Part shown: positions 25,095-38,699 of the stretch, one piece after another
Layout: the number at the start of each line of letters is the position of its first letter
How positions within the stretch are numbered: position 1 is the stretch's first letter
Source of the DNA: Oopsacas minuta
Lineage: Eukaryota; Animalia; Porifera
Assembly: GCA_024704765.1 (NCBI GenBank)
Contig: JAKMXF010000025.1
Span: 1 to 64,000, forward strand
DNA: 64,000 bases
Direction of reading: 5' to 3'
Program-made: the position numbers and the translations under genes
The notes under the pieces: generated by a model
The model's input: only the letters and a program-made list of their open reading frames with translations
What the model was told of the DNA's origin: nothing
Databases searched by the model: none

Positions 25095-26056
25095 AATTAA
25101 GTATAAATTTTATATGGTAATAGACATAATTTGAAGGAACCCAAGTATAAACTGTCTCCTTGCTATCAAACTATACCTGGATATTCGGCCCCAAGGATCC
25201 ATGATAAAACCATGTAAACTGTAAAGCGCACATCCCTTGTATTTCACATCTCAACCATGCATTTCTAGGAAACAGGGGCAGGTAAAATCAAAGGAAGATA
25301 CTGGAGATTGCGTGGCCGAGTGGTATACGTGATTGGTAGGTAGCAGACCCAGTAATCCAGAGATAGAGGAGTAGACTCGAGATGTGGATTGTTAGGGGGC
25401 CCTCGAAGCCATGTTGACAGGATTTGTTTGGGCCATGAAATTTCTCTCTATTAGTCGGTATGGAGAGCGTATAATTATTGGTAGGGACATGGCGCATTTG
25501 TCCTCACCAAGCCACTGTTGTCTACTCGTATGAGGGGTTACTGTGGTTGTTGATACTAACCCTGGGGTTTCAGCTCCCCTAGCAACCCACTAACTTCGCC
25601 TACGCTTACATATATAATTCAGGAAAACAATTGAAAATCCAATAATTTCGAGAAATATCTTCAAGACAACAGCTCCTAGTGGGGTTGGTAATTATGGTAT
25701 TGTAGATATATTGAACAAAGAAAGATTTATGTGTATAGTTTAGCAGTCAACATGATAGAAAAGTTCAATTCTCTAATTATTCAGTTCAGGTTGAAATATC
25801 TTTACTTACAAATCCTAGATTTTACCATACTAACCTAATTGAAATATATTCCATCATCCAGTTTATACATTCACTTATCATACATGTAAGATACAATTAC
25901 AATTGACACAATTATGACATTAAGTTATTAGCAGGGTCTTTATTAGAATATACGTAAGTTGATGTATCAATACAATGAGAATACACATTTATGTCCTGAA
26001 GTAAAACTAAGATTTTCTTTATGACTCATGGAATGAATGGAAGGCAGTATATACTA

Positions 26057-27832
26057 TTACAGGTCAGGAGTTTCATCAGATCCACTCAACTCGTCCTGTT
26101 GAATTGTTTCAATTACTTCCTCTATCAGATCAAACTCATCAAGTTGATTTGGAGTAATCTCTCCAGATAGATTGTCTTGTTGACTGGTTTCTAGGTTAGG
26201 GGGTAGAATTGATTGAATCTCTTCATCAGCCAAATGGCTAGGTTCATTTTGAGCATTCGGTATCAGAAGTTGCCTCAGATGTTCTCTGCCATAATCATAG
26301 CAGTAAGGCTGTTGACAGGCTAAGCAAGCCGTGTGACTGGTAATTTTACAAATTTGGCAATGTCCCTTTCGAAATTGACTTTTGAGATGAGTCATTTTGG
26401 CAATTGGTTGCACCTGATGCTGAATAATAGCATTTGTTGACTGTTGTGATGGAAGGACTGGATTGAAGGCGGATGTTTTGTATTTTCTTGATGTAAAGTT
26501 GCCACAGAAGGACGTGATTACACATTCTTTGAACCAGGCTAGCGTGTCTTTTCTCTTGCGGCCCTATTTCATTAATGTTTGCTTCCTATGAAATTTTCCA
26601 CAATATGTAGGCATTAACACATGCTGAATCAAGGATGTGAAGAAAAATTTGAGATGACCGCGTTTAGATGTGAGCTGAATAGCGTGGTGTTCTACCATGC
26701 GGTCATGCTTATCTACGCCTTTAGTATTGGTGGACTGGTATAGTCTTTCTTTCATATTGTAATTTGGCGTCACAAATATTCTAGTGATGAAATTGTTTAT
26801 CGTGTGAGGTTGGAATTGCTGGAACACAGTTCGTATTGAATACTACTTTCTTATCCTCGGTTCTATACTTCTTATCATCCCATACGAGGAGACAGAAGGG
26901 CTCACAGGCTTGTAGTTGATAGTGGGCCCTATTTTGGGCTTGTGCTGGATTGTAGCCTGGAACCTGAACCATTTATCTGCCCAAGTGAGAGGATGCATTT
27001 TGGTGACGAGATATTCTAGATCAGGTGTTAGTTTTTTGATGGTGAAGTGCCGACCATGCCAGTTCCTCGTGATCTTAGTAGGGTCGCCAGATCAAGATTG
27101 GAGAAGAATCTATCACAATTCATTATATGCCCGTTATCAAAGTATGGGTTGGCTAGCTGTAACATCACGTCCACCAACAGATTCTACAGTGGAGCCAGTA
27201 TATGTCCTGGGCTAGACTGTAACCGCAACAGATGGACCAGAGTTTGACGCCATATTTAGTTGGCTCCGCTTTGATATACTGACTGCCATAGAATTTGACT
27301 ATGATCTCGTCAATAGAGAGTGATCTAGCTGGTTGAAGTAGATTTGACGAGTTTTTATTGACTGCGGTAAGTAGTGTGCCAAGTTTCGCCCAAAGGGTAC
27401 TGCAGTGTTTAGGGATGGGCTCATTTGCTCATTGCTTGCGAAGTGCAACATCGGGAATAACTCTTCAAATCGATTACGCAATGAATGCCTTTTGAAGTAG
27501 GATAAATGGAATATATTTGAATCGGTGAAGCTACTTCGACGATTAGGCATCTGTACATGGGAGGTCCATAAGATGAGGCCAATAGAGCAACGAATCTCTT
27601 CATATGTCGGCTCTTTCCACTTGTATGGTGACAGATGAAATTTCATTTGTGTTCGGTACAACTTTGTTTGCTGCAGAATGCTCCTGAATTCATAGGGTCG
27701 GAATATGGCTTCAAAGTATTGGATTGGTTCATTACAGTCTAACAGGTAGATAACCTCTTCTGAGAGAGAGTGTTGTTGTGTTGGGGGAGTAGGATGTAGT
27801 TGGTGAGTCGGTTCTTTAATGGTTAGTGGCAC
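26057..27832 (-). pseudogene. piggyBac (PGBD-like) transposase remnant
   Basis: EPIQYFEAIF, EEIRCSIGLILW, RNRFEELFPMLHF, IDEII, DNGHIMNCDRFFSNLDLA...GMVGT, TKGVDKHDRMV, cysteine-rich HCQIC...CLACQQPYC. No TTAA-flanked ends found. Confidence 0.85.
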
Positions 27833-28838
27833 TTTTTGGACTTTTCCTCTGGTTTCCTGATCACGTGTGCTGCATCCTCGAAAGGTTCGTGATAGTATGG
27901 GCTGCTTCTAGCTCTTCCGGTGTAATTACTGGATTTCCAATGTCAACAGCTGGGGATAGTATCGTTCTATGGGTGTTTCCAATTCGTCCATCCTTCTGCG
28001 ACGGTTTGTCTTCCCAATATGTATTCTAGTCTCTTTATTGGCTTCGATGGCGTACACTTGAAGATCAATGCGTTCCAGTCCAGATGGAGATTGTATAGGG
28101 TACTTTGTAACAAAGATGTGCCGTTTCTCAGAGTTCATTGATTTTTCAGAATGATACGTGGGAAATGGTTTTCTCGGGTCATAAATAGGCACAATGCTAT
28201 GTATTGCCAATGAGTGTAGGTATGCGAATCATCTACAGGATCACCAATATAGTTGATAAATGTCAAGCATTTCACTGATTTGGATGGTGGATTGTGTTGA
28301 AACGAATGGCGTTTAGCTTTTCTAGATACCGCTAGACTGAAAGAGTGCTTTCACTTAATAGGTGTACATGTGTCGGAAGTTTGTCCTGTTGAAAACGTTG
28401 TTACTGACTGATTGAGAACCTTATAATTCTCTGTTTCAATATTCGTGTCAGGATACTGGGATGAAGGGGTTGAGTGGATGTAGGGTTGTGGTAATGAGAA
28501 TGTTCGTTGAGTAGTTGGGCTAGTAAGAGGTGAATCTAAGGGATACGTACAGTAGGTAGGATCGGATGTAGTAGGGGAGAAGAGAGGAGTTTGGAGAAAG
28601 CCATACAATTCATCATCTTCACTAGACACATTTAAATCTTCATCATAGGATTGATGGCAATCTTGTATTTCAGTGGACTATAGGGAAAATATACTAAAAG
28701 ACGCAGAGGTACATCTAAAAGTGGGTAGGGCAATACGCTGTAAGATAGAGGTACATCTGTAGTTAGTACGTTTAATATACCAAAGGGACTTTCTCTAAAT
28801 GTAACAACATCTAAACGTGCATTAGAGAAAACCCTCAA
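27833..28838 (-). pseudogene. Degraded coding-like sequence directly upstream of the piggyBac core (N-terminal extension or second ORF)
   Basis: Overlapping same-strand ORF pieces at 27926-28210, 28351-28629 (S/T/P-rich) and 28632-28838, running into the piggyBac frame without an AT-rich gap. Confidence 0.35.
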
Positions 28839-30462
28839 AGACTGATCAATCCAAATTTAGAATTTCGTGTATTTTAGTCATTATCTACGTTTCGGAAATG
28901 AATCAACTGTTTTAGTTCTCCTTCGATTCATGTATATACATATATTTATAATTGTATTTTGTATAAACTCCCTATCTATAAGTATTGGAACTCCATCCCC
29001 AATTGCCACATCATGCCAATATGCACGCTAGTTTATTTGCATAATCTATTGATGTTTATAAACATTTATGACCATTATTACACCTGAAACGATGGAAAAA
29101 CTATACTGTTATACTTTCTGTCAAACCACGAAGTATTTCACATACTTTCGTAGTGTTCCCCTTGTTCCACAAGTGATAGAATATCCCAATACTTCAAGTA
29201 GTAGTGCATATATATATATAGATATATACATACATATCACTAATACACTGCATGAATATATTGTTTCATTATTGTAACTAGCACAACAGCATTTTTTCAT
29301 TGTATATACCCATTATACGAATGCACATAAAACTCTGTAACAATGTATTACTCGGATATTATGGTTTTCTAATAATGTAATGTTGTTTAGGGACCATGGA
29401 ACAAATTCAATGAAATTAGGAATCAATAGTTGTGCTGATAAACGATGGATAATTATTTTTTCAATATTTCTTCTTTTTTGTAATTGATATATTTCTGAAT
29501 CGTTTGAAACTTTCGGAAGTTTTACTATATACCAATTGAAACGTTATGACCCTAAATGGGAAATTTTCATTGAGTTTCAGTGAAAATTGAAATCGTTTAA
29601 GAGAATAATTATTGGAGTTAGTAATTTTACTATAATATTGGATTCCTGATTCATAATCATTCTCAGGGTGTATGGGTTTAGTAGAAAATAATAGGTTTTT
29701 CGGAAATTTCAAAATGTAAATAATCTCCTGAAAAATCTAACGAGCTGTAGCATTTTGAAATAACACCTAAAATTATTGGGACGAATTCGGTTAATATGGA
29801 CTTCAGTCTTATCCTCAAATTCCTCAGGAGCGTCACTAGTAATAATTATGTCGAAACACAGATTGTCTATTTCATGAAATTATCAGCAAACACATATGTC
29901 AAATTACTTTCTAAGGAATTTACCATCCAGAATGTGAGTACAAATGTTTTCACATTGACCTATTTCAAGATAAAACTTCCAGATTCACAAATTGTATTGC
30001 TATATGAAACAGTTAAAAATCAGACTAATCTAGCAAAATGTTTTCTTATATTCACTATTAAATGTTGACTTAACTAGGAGGAGAGAAATGGGACCTGGGT
30101 TCATTTACCAAACTTTCAACTCGAACAAGAAATTCAGCATATGTATTTTCTAACACTGTAATTCATGAGAGTCAAACTCTGCCCTTTTTCAGTTGCCCAA
30201 GTAATGAAAATGCTCAAAGTCTCTCCACTTAAAATACATATTTCTTGCCAAAATACTGATATTGCAAACTATGTTGAGGATGCGACATGACCAACCACAA
30301 GACTAAGTAAGAGTGAACTACATTCAGCAATGCTTTTACTATATATAACCTGTGTATAAATACTATTTTGCCTCCATACCAGTTTAACCAACATTTATCC
30401 ATTGAGTTGTATATATAATACAACATATAAATCAGGGCTTCATTCATCTACGTAGAGTTAGC

Positions 30463-30640
30463 CAACCCTCGCACCCTAAGTGTGTATAGATTAAATTTCG
30501 CGCACCCTAATGTATTATGAACATGGGGATAGCTCCTCATATATGTCATTTTTCGCGCATTTCATAATAATTTATCAAAGATCACATGAGGGGTACCCAG
30601 AAAACAGGCTGAGATAAATATATCATACTATTTAGTGTAA
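30463..30640 (+). repeat. Unclassified repeat; inverted copy at about 60290-60450
   Basis: Shared gcaccctaatgtattatgaacatggggatagc...gtcatttt...acccagaaaa. Confidence 0.7.
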
Positions 30641-30755
30641 TTTTTGGTCCCTTGAATGTCCATAAACAAACCTGACTAGTAAATATTAGGTAGCGCCACC
30701 CTGTCTACGCCCCTAATTCGAAATAACTTGACTAACTAGGGTGTACTTTAGTAGA

Positions 30756-30900
30756 CAGGGGCGGCGCAAACGGCCAGGCCAGTCAGGCTGTAGCCTGGCC
30801 ATATTATAATATGGCATGTCCTATTGTATGACCAGGCCTGACCAAATTCCAAATGGTAACCAATGGCCTGGCCAACATTCAGTAACTTCTGCCGCCCTTG
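30756..30900. mobile_element. hAT-type MITE
   Basis: TIR caggggcggc / gccgcccttg; internal ggccaggcc/gcctggcc repeats; no TSD recognised. Confidence 0.55.
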
Positions 30901-31324
30901 AGTACGAATTAAATAAGTTTACAGCTCATTACGGTTAGTCAATAAAATGGTATCTTTGTATAGTAGAACGTACTCCAGTAAAAGAATTTTCGGATGGATC
31001 ATTTAGAATTACAAGCAAGGGAAGACGGGCACCCGAGGAAGCGGTGTTACGGGGGGTGTTTGGGAGTAGTTACGGCCAGGGCCGGCGGAACAGAGGCAGC
31101 CTCAACTTTCATGTGAATCTTTTGGTACTTAAAATTTCGCGGGCGTATTTCGCGAAAATAATTTGTGACCTTTTGATATAATTCAGTTTTGCATATTTGA
31201 GTGATGTGTTTGACATCGAGTTCAAGCGGAGGATCTTCTATAGTATAATTACAATTTTCTTATAAATTACGACGAGCTTTAGCTCGTCGCTTCGCGTTGA
31301 ACTCTGCCCATTGCGCCTCGAGGT

Positions 31325-32930
31325 CAGTGCCGGATTTACCATTAGGCTAAGTAGGCTATAACCTTCGGGCCACATATAAAATGGTCGTTCTTAGAGACTA
31401 AAATTTCTAAATTAGAAATATAGTTTCAATTCGATCTTAAGAAGTTGAACTCCCTATCAATAATGAACACAGTGTGGCAAAATGGCGATTATGGGTAATA
31501 GATACTCACACTGAAGATATTTGTTAAAATGTTATCATATATAGTAAATCTAAATCGACATAGTAGATTTCAAAAATAGCATTAGATTTTTAGTTGCACT
31601 TCTAGAAATGGGACTATGAAGTAATTTGATATAATTAATGATTATGGTTCGAGAATAAATGAGTTCTAAATTTGTGAGTGTTTTATACCAGCCAGCCCTA
31701 TTCATTGATAAACTTGAATAACAATGGGTATACTGAATTCATTTGTGCATTTGATACTTCATAAAATGATACTAATGAATTAGAAATACAGTACTATAAA
31801 ATATTATAACGAAAATAAAATATTCAAATTATGTTTCTTCCGAAAGGGCGTGATGTCAAGAAAAGCATAAGTGGGCGCCTTTGGGCGGGTCTAGAAATTA
31901 TTGAAAATGAAATTTAGAAAGACATACTATGCGAAATTGTCAACTATTCAACTTGAAATTATTTGCATTGTAAGATCGGGGACCTAAAAGTAGGTCAAGG
32001 AGCTGAAATATGGATAAAAATAGACTGCTAAAAATGCTAAAGAATGAAAATTAAACATTTAAATTGTTTTGCAAACGAGTTCAAATTAATCACAAATTGT
32101 ACACGAATACTGATAAATGCCATTGAATTACTAAAAATCCTGGAATGCTGAAATATCGCAAGGGTATTTGAAGAATAAATATTGTGGTTTTCAGGTTTTC
32201 AAATTTCAAATTTTAGCCTAAGTTTGAGACTTTGGTTAGACTTGTTATAAGTTCATTAAATAACGGATAATAACATATTTCTATGTTTGAGATTGTGTAG
32301 AATCGAATGCACACATTAATTTTGGTAAATAGCGAAGTCAAATTTTCACCTATTTCCGAGTAGTTCCACACTGTGATAGACTCCGGAACACCATTACATT
32401 GATTTTAGTATAATTTGGAAAGCTGTTTTAGATTTAATTATTTCAATATTCTAGATCATTCTTTCATTCCAATATTTTCTATGGTTTTATTCTAGAATTC
32501 CTAACTAGATTATTAATTAATATTCTAGCACTTCGAAATCTCTATTTGCTTGATTTAGTGGTTCTAATCAGTTCTAGAAAAGTGTACATTCTTCTTTCGC
32601 GTGATTTCAAAACTCAATTCATTATTTTATTAATGGGTGAATAATTGCTAATGTATCAATAGGCTGACTTTATGAAAAAATGACATTGTCATGTCATAGA
32701 TTAGTTCATTTTATACATTGTTTACTTTTGAAATATGTTATAGTAACCATCATGCCATTTCAGGTTAGTCATTTTTCCCACCCAATAATGACACAGACCC
32801 CTACACTGTAAAATATGGCACTTTCTAATTTGTAAATAATTGAGTTTGGGGGCACCGACCAATGTCGACCATGTTTCGTGCCACTTGTATGGTCCAGCCT
32901 TCGGCCCACTCCAGGGTTAATCCGGCCCTG
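31325..32930. mobile_element. Non-autonomous hAT element with a nested Transib-type element
   Basis: TIR cagtgccggatt / aatccggccctg; TSD ctcgaggt vs c-cgaggt. Confidence 0.7.
31468..32375. mobile_element. Non-autonomous Transib-type element
   Basis: Both ends read CACAGTGTGG; flanks atgaa / ataga (imperfect 5-bp TSD); no ORF; the left end carries an ATGGCGATTATGGG block resembling the 8121-11347 ends. Confidence 0.65.
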
Positions 32931-34486
32931 CCGAGGTATCCATAATTCTCCAAATTGAGGGACCCTTTGAGTATTATTGTATAGATATATTTAGAACAAT
33001 GTAATTCACAAGTATACGTATATGGCACATTTATTATTGAAATATTCTGTAAGATCAACCCCCTTTGTAGCCATTGAGAGCAAGTATCTAAGAAAATTTG
33101 AGATATTGCTAATTGTTTCCTGTACATTAATAAAAACAACAATATATTTACATATCAACGGACAAACAAACAACAATTGAGAGTTAATCATGCAGATGTT
33201 GTTTACAATACCATATTCAGACTCAGCATACTCGATTACCCCAGTATAGCCGTTGAAAGTATGATTCTACTTCAATTTTGAATTTTGTTTACTTTATATT
33301 CATAAAAACAACAATAAATTTACATATGATTTCTCCAAAAGTGTGGAAATCAGATTCAGCATGTTAGATATATTTAGTGCAGTTTTATTGAATTCTATTT
33401 ACTTCCCTGATAAACACGATAAAACATAGTTATGTGACAATTTAAAAATTGCACACTGAAAATCCTTTCCTTGACAACAAACAAACAAACAACAATTGAG
33501 ATTTTTTATATCGATTACAAAACTAGATGTATTTATTTGATCACTTAGCTTGAACTGCCATAACTTATGCTCAACTTTGATTTGCATTGATAACAAATGT
33601 AATCTCTAGGACGAGGGTGTAGTTGGCTGAATATTCGACCAGCAGTACTTCAACCATTAATTTGACCAACTTCCCATAGTCAGAATGTAAATATTTTTTG
33701 GCCATTCGAAAGAAGAAATACGGACGTTTCTGAAATAAATTTATATTTTATAAACTTTAATTTTTTCTAATAGAAATTGGTGTATCTAACCAGCAGTAGT
33801 TCACATATGAATTTAGTATACTTAAACAAATTATTTTTTCCTGAAATCATGGGCATGTATTCCTGCTGTATGGACGTTTATGTGTTTAAAATATATAGCA
33901 AAATAAGCAAAACTTTTTGAGATATTTACATTTGAAAACTGGCTTGTTAGAATCGAGTCTCTATTAGATTTGTACTAAGCACACAAATTTAATGAAACAT
34001 TCTAATCCATTCTAACTATAGTAACGCATATAGATTACTGCAATATCAACTGTTTGATGTAATACGAAATGATTTATGAATCTAAATATAGTTTTATTTA
34101 TTGGTGAATTGATATTCAGTTCAATAAATACGAAAACAGTGGTCAAAATTCACAGAATACATCAGATTATAAGATTATATGTTCTTTGCATAGTCTTGAT
34201 TTGTTGTGTTACGAGTTGAGTTGATGTATTTAGTTGTGTACCTCTCAAGTAGGCAGCAGAAGTTTTGAAGCTAGAATGACTCACATATATATTCTAGGTT
34301 AGATCATATTACCTTCACTTTTACTGTCATCAAAGTCTATTTCTATCGCCCTCCAATTTACCTTCCAACAATTTACAAATTTCATCATTATTTTGTTGAC
34401 ATGGGGCTTTGTATTATTACGAAAAACAGTATTATAGCTAAGCTATATTTAAGGAATCAAATATTACTAGACCTCTATTGTTGTAC

Positions 34487-35413
34487 CTATACTATAATCT
34501 TGTCTAAAATTTCTAAAACAGGTTCATAGTGATTACCTGTATATACAATATATATTGATCCATTAGCATTAGCGGGAGGCGGATTCAATACCTCATCGAA
34601 TGAAGAACCTTTGTCGGAAAATACATTCCAACTATTTCCAGTCTCTTTCATAAACACCCATATGTCAGTCTTAAATAGAAGCGCTGCTGTAAATAGTTCC
34701 AAATCTCCATCCCATACTCCATTGCCTTTGATGTTTGTTTTATTTATATAATCTATTGTGTTCCTATAAGTATTTGGGTATTTGTTAGTAATAAATTTTC
34801 CACATTTTTCTTTTTGCGAACTTGACATACTGTCTACAATGCATTTACGTATTATATGAGAATTATCTGGCGAACCTGACACGGAATATGCTAAGGAAGA
34901 AAATAAGCAGTTCCCATCTCCAGGAATATACTGAGTTCTGCTGGGTATATAATAATTCAACGGCCTGTTCATTTGACTATTAATATTATTTATTCCTAGA
35001 CTTACCCTGACATTAAGTAACGTGTTACAAATATCTAACTTTCCTGTGTGGGAGATGGGATTATAACATGGAAGATCATCATTTAAAGTGCACAATTCTA
35101 TTAGATCCAAATCTGTTATAATTTCAACGTTATTAACTGAGAGGACAACATCTGGGCTCGTATTTCTTACAGAATCTTTGTCAATATTCCTTTTTTTGTG
35201 TGGAATTACAAAATCAGAATTTTTTCTCTTATTATTAACTTTCCCTCCCGTTTTATGTACATTTATTGCTTCAAAAACTTTATCTACCCTACTTAGATTA
35301 GGATTGATGTAACTCTGTTGGCATTTACTTCTGCGACACCATTTTTCTTTGGAATTTTCTTCATTTTGTATTTCCAATTTCCTTTTCCTACTTTTAAATA
35401 TGTTGGTAGCCAA
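34487..35413 (-). CDS. C-terminal transposase segment containing an OTU cysteine-protease domain
   Basis: YIPGDGNCLFSSLAY (catalytic Cys codon at 34907-34909), GVWDGDLELFTAALL, IYIVYTGNHYEPVL (catalytic His). A frameshift near 35415 connects it to the upstream transposase. Confidence 0.88.
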   Translation of the reverse strand: MATNIFKSRKRKLEIQNEENSKEKWCRRSKCQQSYINPNLSRVDKVFEAINVHKTGGKVNNKRKNSDFVIPHKKRNIDKDSVRNTSPDVVLSVNNVEIITDLDLIELCTLNDDLPCYNPISHTGKLDICNTLLNVRVSLGINNINSQMNRPLNYYIPSRTQYIPGDGNCLFSSLAYSVSGSPDNSHIIRKCIVDSMSSSQKEKCGKFITNKYPNTYRNTIDYINKTNIKGNGVWDGDLELFTAALLFKTDIWVFMKETGNSWNVFSDKGSSFDEVLNPPPANANGSIYIVYTGNHYEPVLEILDKIIV

Positions 35414-35414
35414 A

Positions 35415-38300
35415 GAATGAAATCCAAAATTAAATAATCAATTCTGTCTTTCACATATCCATACATTGTACGTATAAAATCGCCAGCTCTTAGGTTTACC
35501 TTCGTTTCTAAAATTGGATGTTTGACTATTCTGAACCAATTTTCTGCATTTGCATTACTAGCTATACACAGGTTTTCATTGCTCCTAGACAGTATAATTC
35601 CAGTCCAAAGAGGTACAATTGGCATATAATATGTCAGCAGATATTCTAAAACTTCCAGAGAATAACATGGATTTGATCGATTGCCTTTGTGAATTACATG
35701 ATCTGTGCAATTATTTTTTCTTAGAGTATCGAAATATCTACCAAATGGTGATTTACAACGATAAGTGGTAGGATTCTCTTTCGTATCAGTATCAAGTTCA
35801 TATTTTCCTTCGTTTCTAACTGTAATTCTATTTTACCCTCCACTAAATCGTTTAACTCTACTAAACTTGAACTGACAATTTCGGTTGAATGCTCAACAAA
35901 TAAAACATTACACAGTAATATGAAAAGTCGATTATTTCTCTCATCGTAATACTTCTCAAAATCGCAGCAAAGACATGTAGGATTAGTTGCTTTAGAGTTT
36001 TAACGATTTTGAATGTTTTTGACAAGTTCTGACTCAACTTATGCATTACGTGAGCAGAACATACATGAATTACAGTGAAGACATCCACATCAACCGATCT
36101 TTCGTCTGAATTTACATTTCTCCAACAACTCTCTAAATACCCTATAATATTAATTTTATTAAATGCGATACATGTGCTATGAATCAATGCCCAACTGTAT
36201 TCCATTTCCACTCTTGTTATAAATATTTCTTTGTGTAGAATTAACTTTGAATTCAAGTACCATTTGCTAAGGAAGTGGGTTATCTCAGCAGTTCCTTGGT
36301 CCGAACTTATCATTTCTGCTACAGGGATAGGTGAATGTGGTAGTCGGGATGTTGTAGTGTTAAAGCATAATAATAAATAGATTTAGTGCAAACTGAGGTT
36401 TACGTATATGGAACCTGTAGCATCCAAATGCAAAACTATATCTTTAGTTAAATATTTCAACACCTCTATCTGCCTCTTCATATATAGATGCATAATGAAG
36501 GGTTCCTTAACAAAATATTAAATGTAGCCAGGTGTTGGCTTTTCACTCAATAAGTTACTATAATATTCTTGAGTGATAGAAATATCTGTAATTAGATCAT
36601 TAGAAATCTATTAGATGGTATAGCTTCAGTTTTTATCTGTCTTAAGCATTCTTGAGACCTCAGGTTAGAAAATTACCTCTACAATATTCCATTGAGCTAC
36701 TTTGACAGTTGAACTGTTATGAAAAATATTTGTGACAGATGTGTGCTGAAGACTTTCTCCATAATTTTTCGCAAACTACCAGATGTATGACGTGCATGTA
36801 CAGTCTCTCCATCAGAATGTTGAAAGGAGAGTGAACCACTTACTACATATTGTATATTGATTGTATTCGTAGTTACAAGCTCGTCAACACAAAACTCAAA
36901 TTTGTAACAATTATAAAACTTGCATTCAGCAGATGCTCGAAAGTAGTGCGCATTTATTTTTCGGCTAGAAGACTTTTTAAACCAATAATTGTTAAATTTA
37001 AGAACACATGCTGGATATATTTTAGATATTTTATTGCTAAACACAGCTGTCCAATCTCCATTCAACATATCTCTACCTTGTAAATCGATAAAATGAATAC
37101 TATCCCATTCACCAATCTCAAGAAGAAATTCTCCATTGACGTTTGACTCTGGTGTCATAAGAAATACATCAGATTTATCAGATAACGGGGCTATTTGGTC
37201 ATTAACTGTATTTGAGATAATATTGTTGCATTTGATAGGATCTTCATCTTCAAAATCCTCATCAACAGGAAGATGAGGAGTATTTTTCAGAGCCAGGAGC
37301 TGGTGACAATCCGGGGAAATTTCTATTCCGCATATCCTAGCATTAATGCAATTAGTATAGAGAGCTTTAAATGCCTCAATACCAATACAGGAAAACTGGT
37401 CTCGCAATTTGATTACCCAATGAATAAATAAACTCATCTGATCTTTGGTCAGAAGTAAGTACTTATTCTCAAACAAAATAATTGATTTACAATTAATTTT
37501 ATGTATAACTATATCCACATTAGCAACATGGCTGTCTGCTCAATGACTTGATGTTCATACTGACTTTATGGAAAATTATTTACGAATGAACTACACTGTA
37601 CAAATTCAATGCTTTCAAATTCTCAAAAACATTCGTAAGAATTTGGACTCCGATAACGGTAAAAGTTACAACCATCAATCCACAACTGAACCTGGTGATT
37701 GTTGTAATAATAATATTCGACTAAACTACTACTATCATTACATCCGCAAAGGTCGATACTGTATTGCTCATCTCTCAAATCATAGTAATGAGATGGGCCT
37801 GTGCAGCTGAAGACCAAATTACCATTAGCCTATCATCTAACAAATCCTGTTCAATTGACTCCAAACATATTCCTTCATGATTATCATGAAAAGAAGACGC
37901 AAATTCCAGGTAATGGACAATATATCGATAAATTGTGGCAGTTTGAAGAGATGGAATATCTTCTATTGAGAAAGAGTCGAGGCTATAACTCACAATCAAT
38001 GATTTTGTTGTACTTTGTTGAGTTGGTGGACATGGAGAAAGCGAGATACACGGTATGAAATCTATAGATGGCTGAGGCGAGACTGATAGATCCATTATTC
38101 GCTCGAATAACACACGTATATTGTGTGAATTATTTTTCCATTTCAAATAAATAGATTTTCGTTGAGCCAGATTATTGCGGCCATGTAGTTTTTTTACAAA
38201 TAATGCCCCAAATAGAATCACTAACGCTAGGACCAACAGAAAGTGAACTCGCAACCCCTTTGTATGAATTGAAAGTGGATTCGATATACAAAAGTAACAG
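35415..38300 (-). pseudogene. NOF/Rehavkus-like Mutator transposase, multiply frameshifted
   Basis: DWTAVFSNKI...SRK...FRASAECKF, LHLDATG (near 36410-36430), EMEYSWALIH...IHVCSAH, PLWTG...NAENWFRIVK. Confidence 0.8.
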
Positions 38301-38596
38301 CTGAAGGTCTCGTGGAACTAAAAAAGGAACATAAAGATACTATATGCGCCGTACTCACCAGAAAACCTGCTAAGATAAATCTAACTTTTGTTATAGCAAT
38401 TGATTATTACACATCAAGCACGTGTTCCGATGAGACGGAAATAATTTAAATAGGAGAAAGGAAGTTACATTTTGAAATATTGATTCCACTTGAAGTAATC
38501 AAACTATTTGGTTCCATTGAAGGAGGGTCGAAACGAAAGTACGATTCTAAATGTGGAGAAAATAATACAATCTTTCATATAGGGAAGAATGTAGAT

Positions 38597-38699
38597 ACCT
38601 TTTTCCTCGAATAGTAGGTAGCCTTTCTTCGAATAATCGCACCCCTGAAGGAACCTCGAAATATATTATAGTCCCGGAGTACTATTCAAGAAAAACTGT
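38597..38699. mobile_element. Small TA-flanked pogo-type MITE inside the Mutator element
   Basis: ta|cctttttcctcgaatagta ... tactattcaagaaaaactg|ta. Confidence 0.5.

Noticed and set aside
25555-25575. ctaaccctgggg as a piggyBac end
   Set aside because: Not TTAA-flanked, and no matching inverted end upstream of the transposase.
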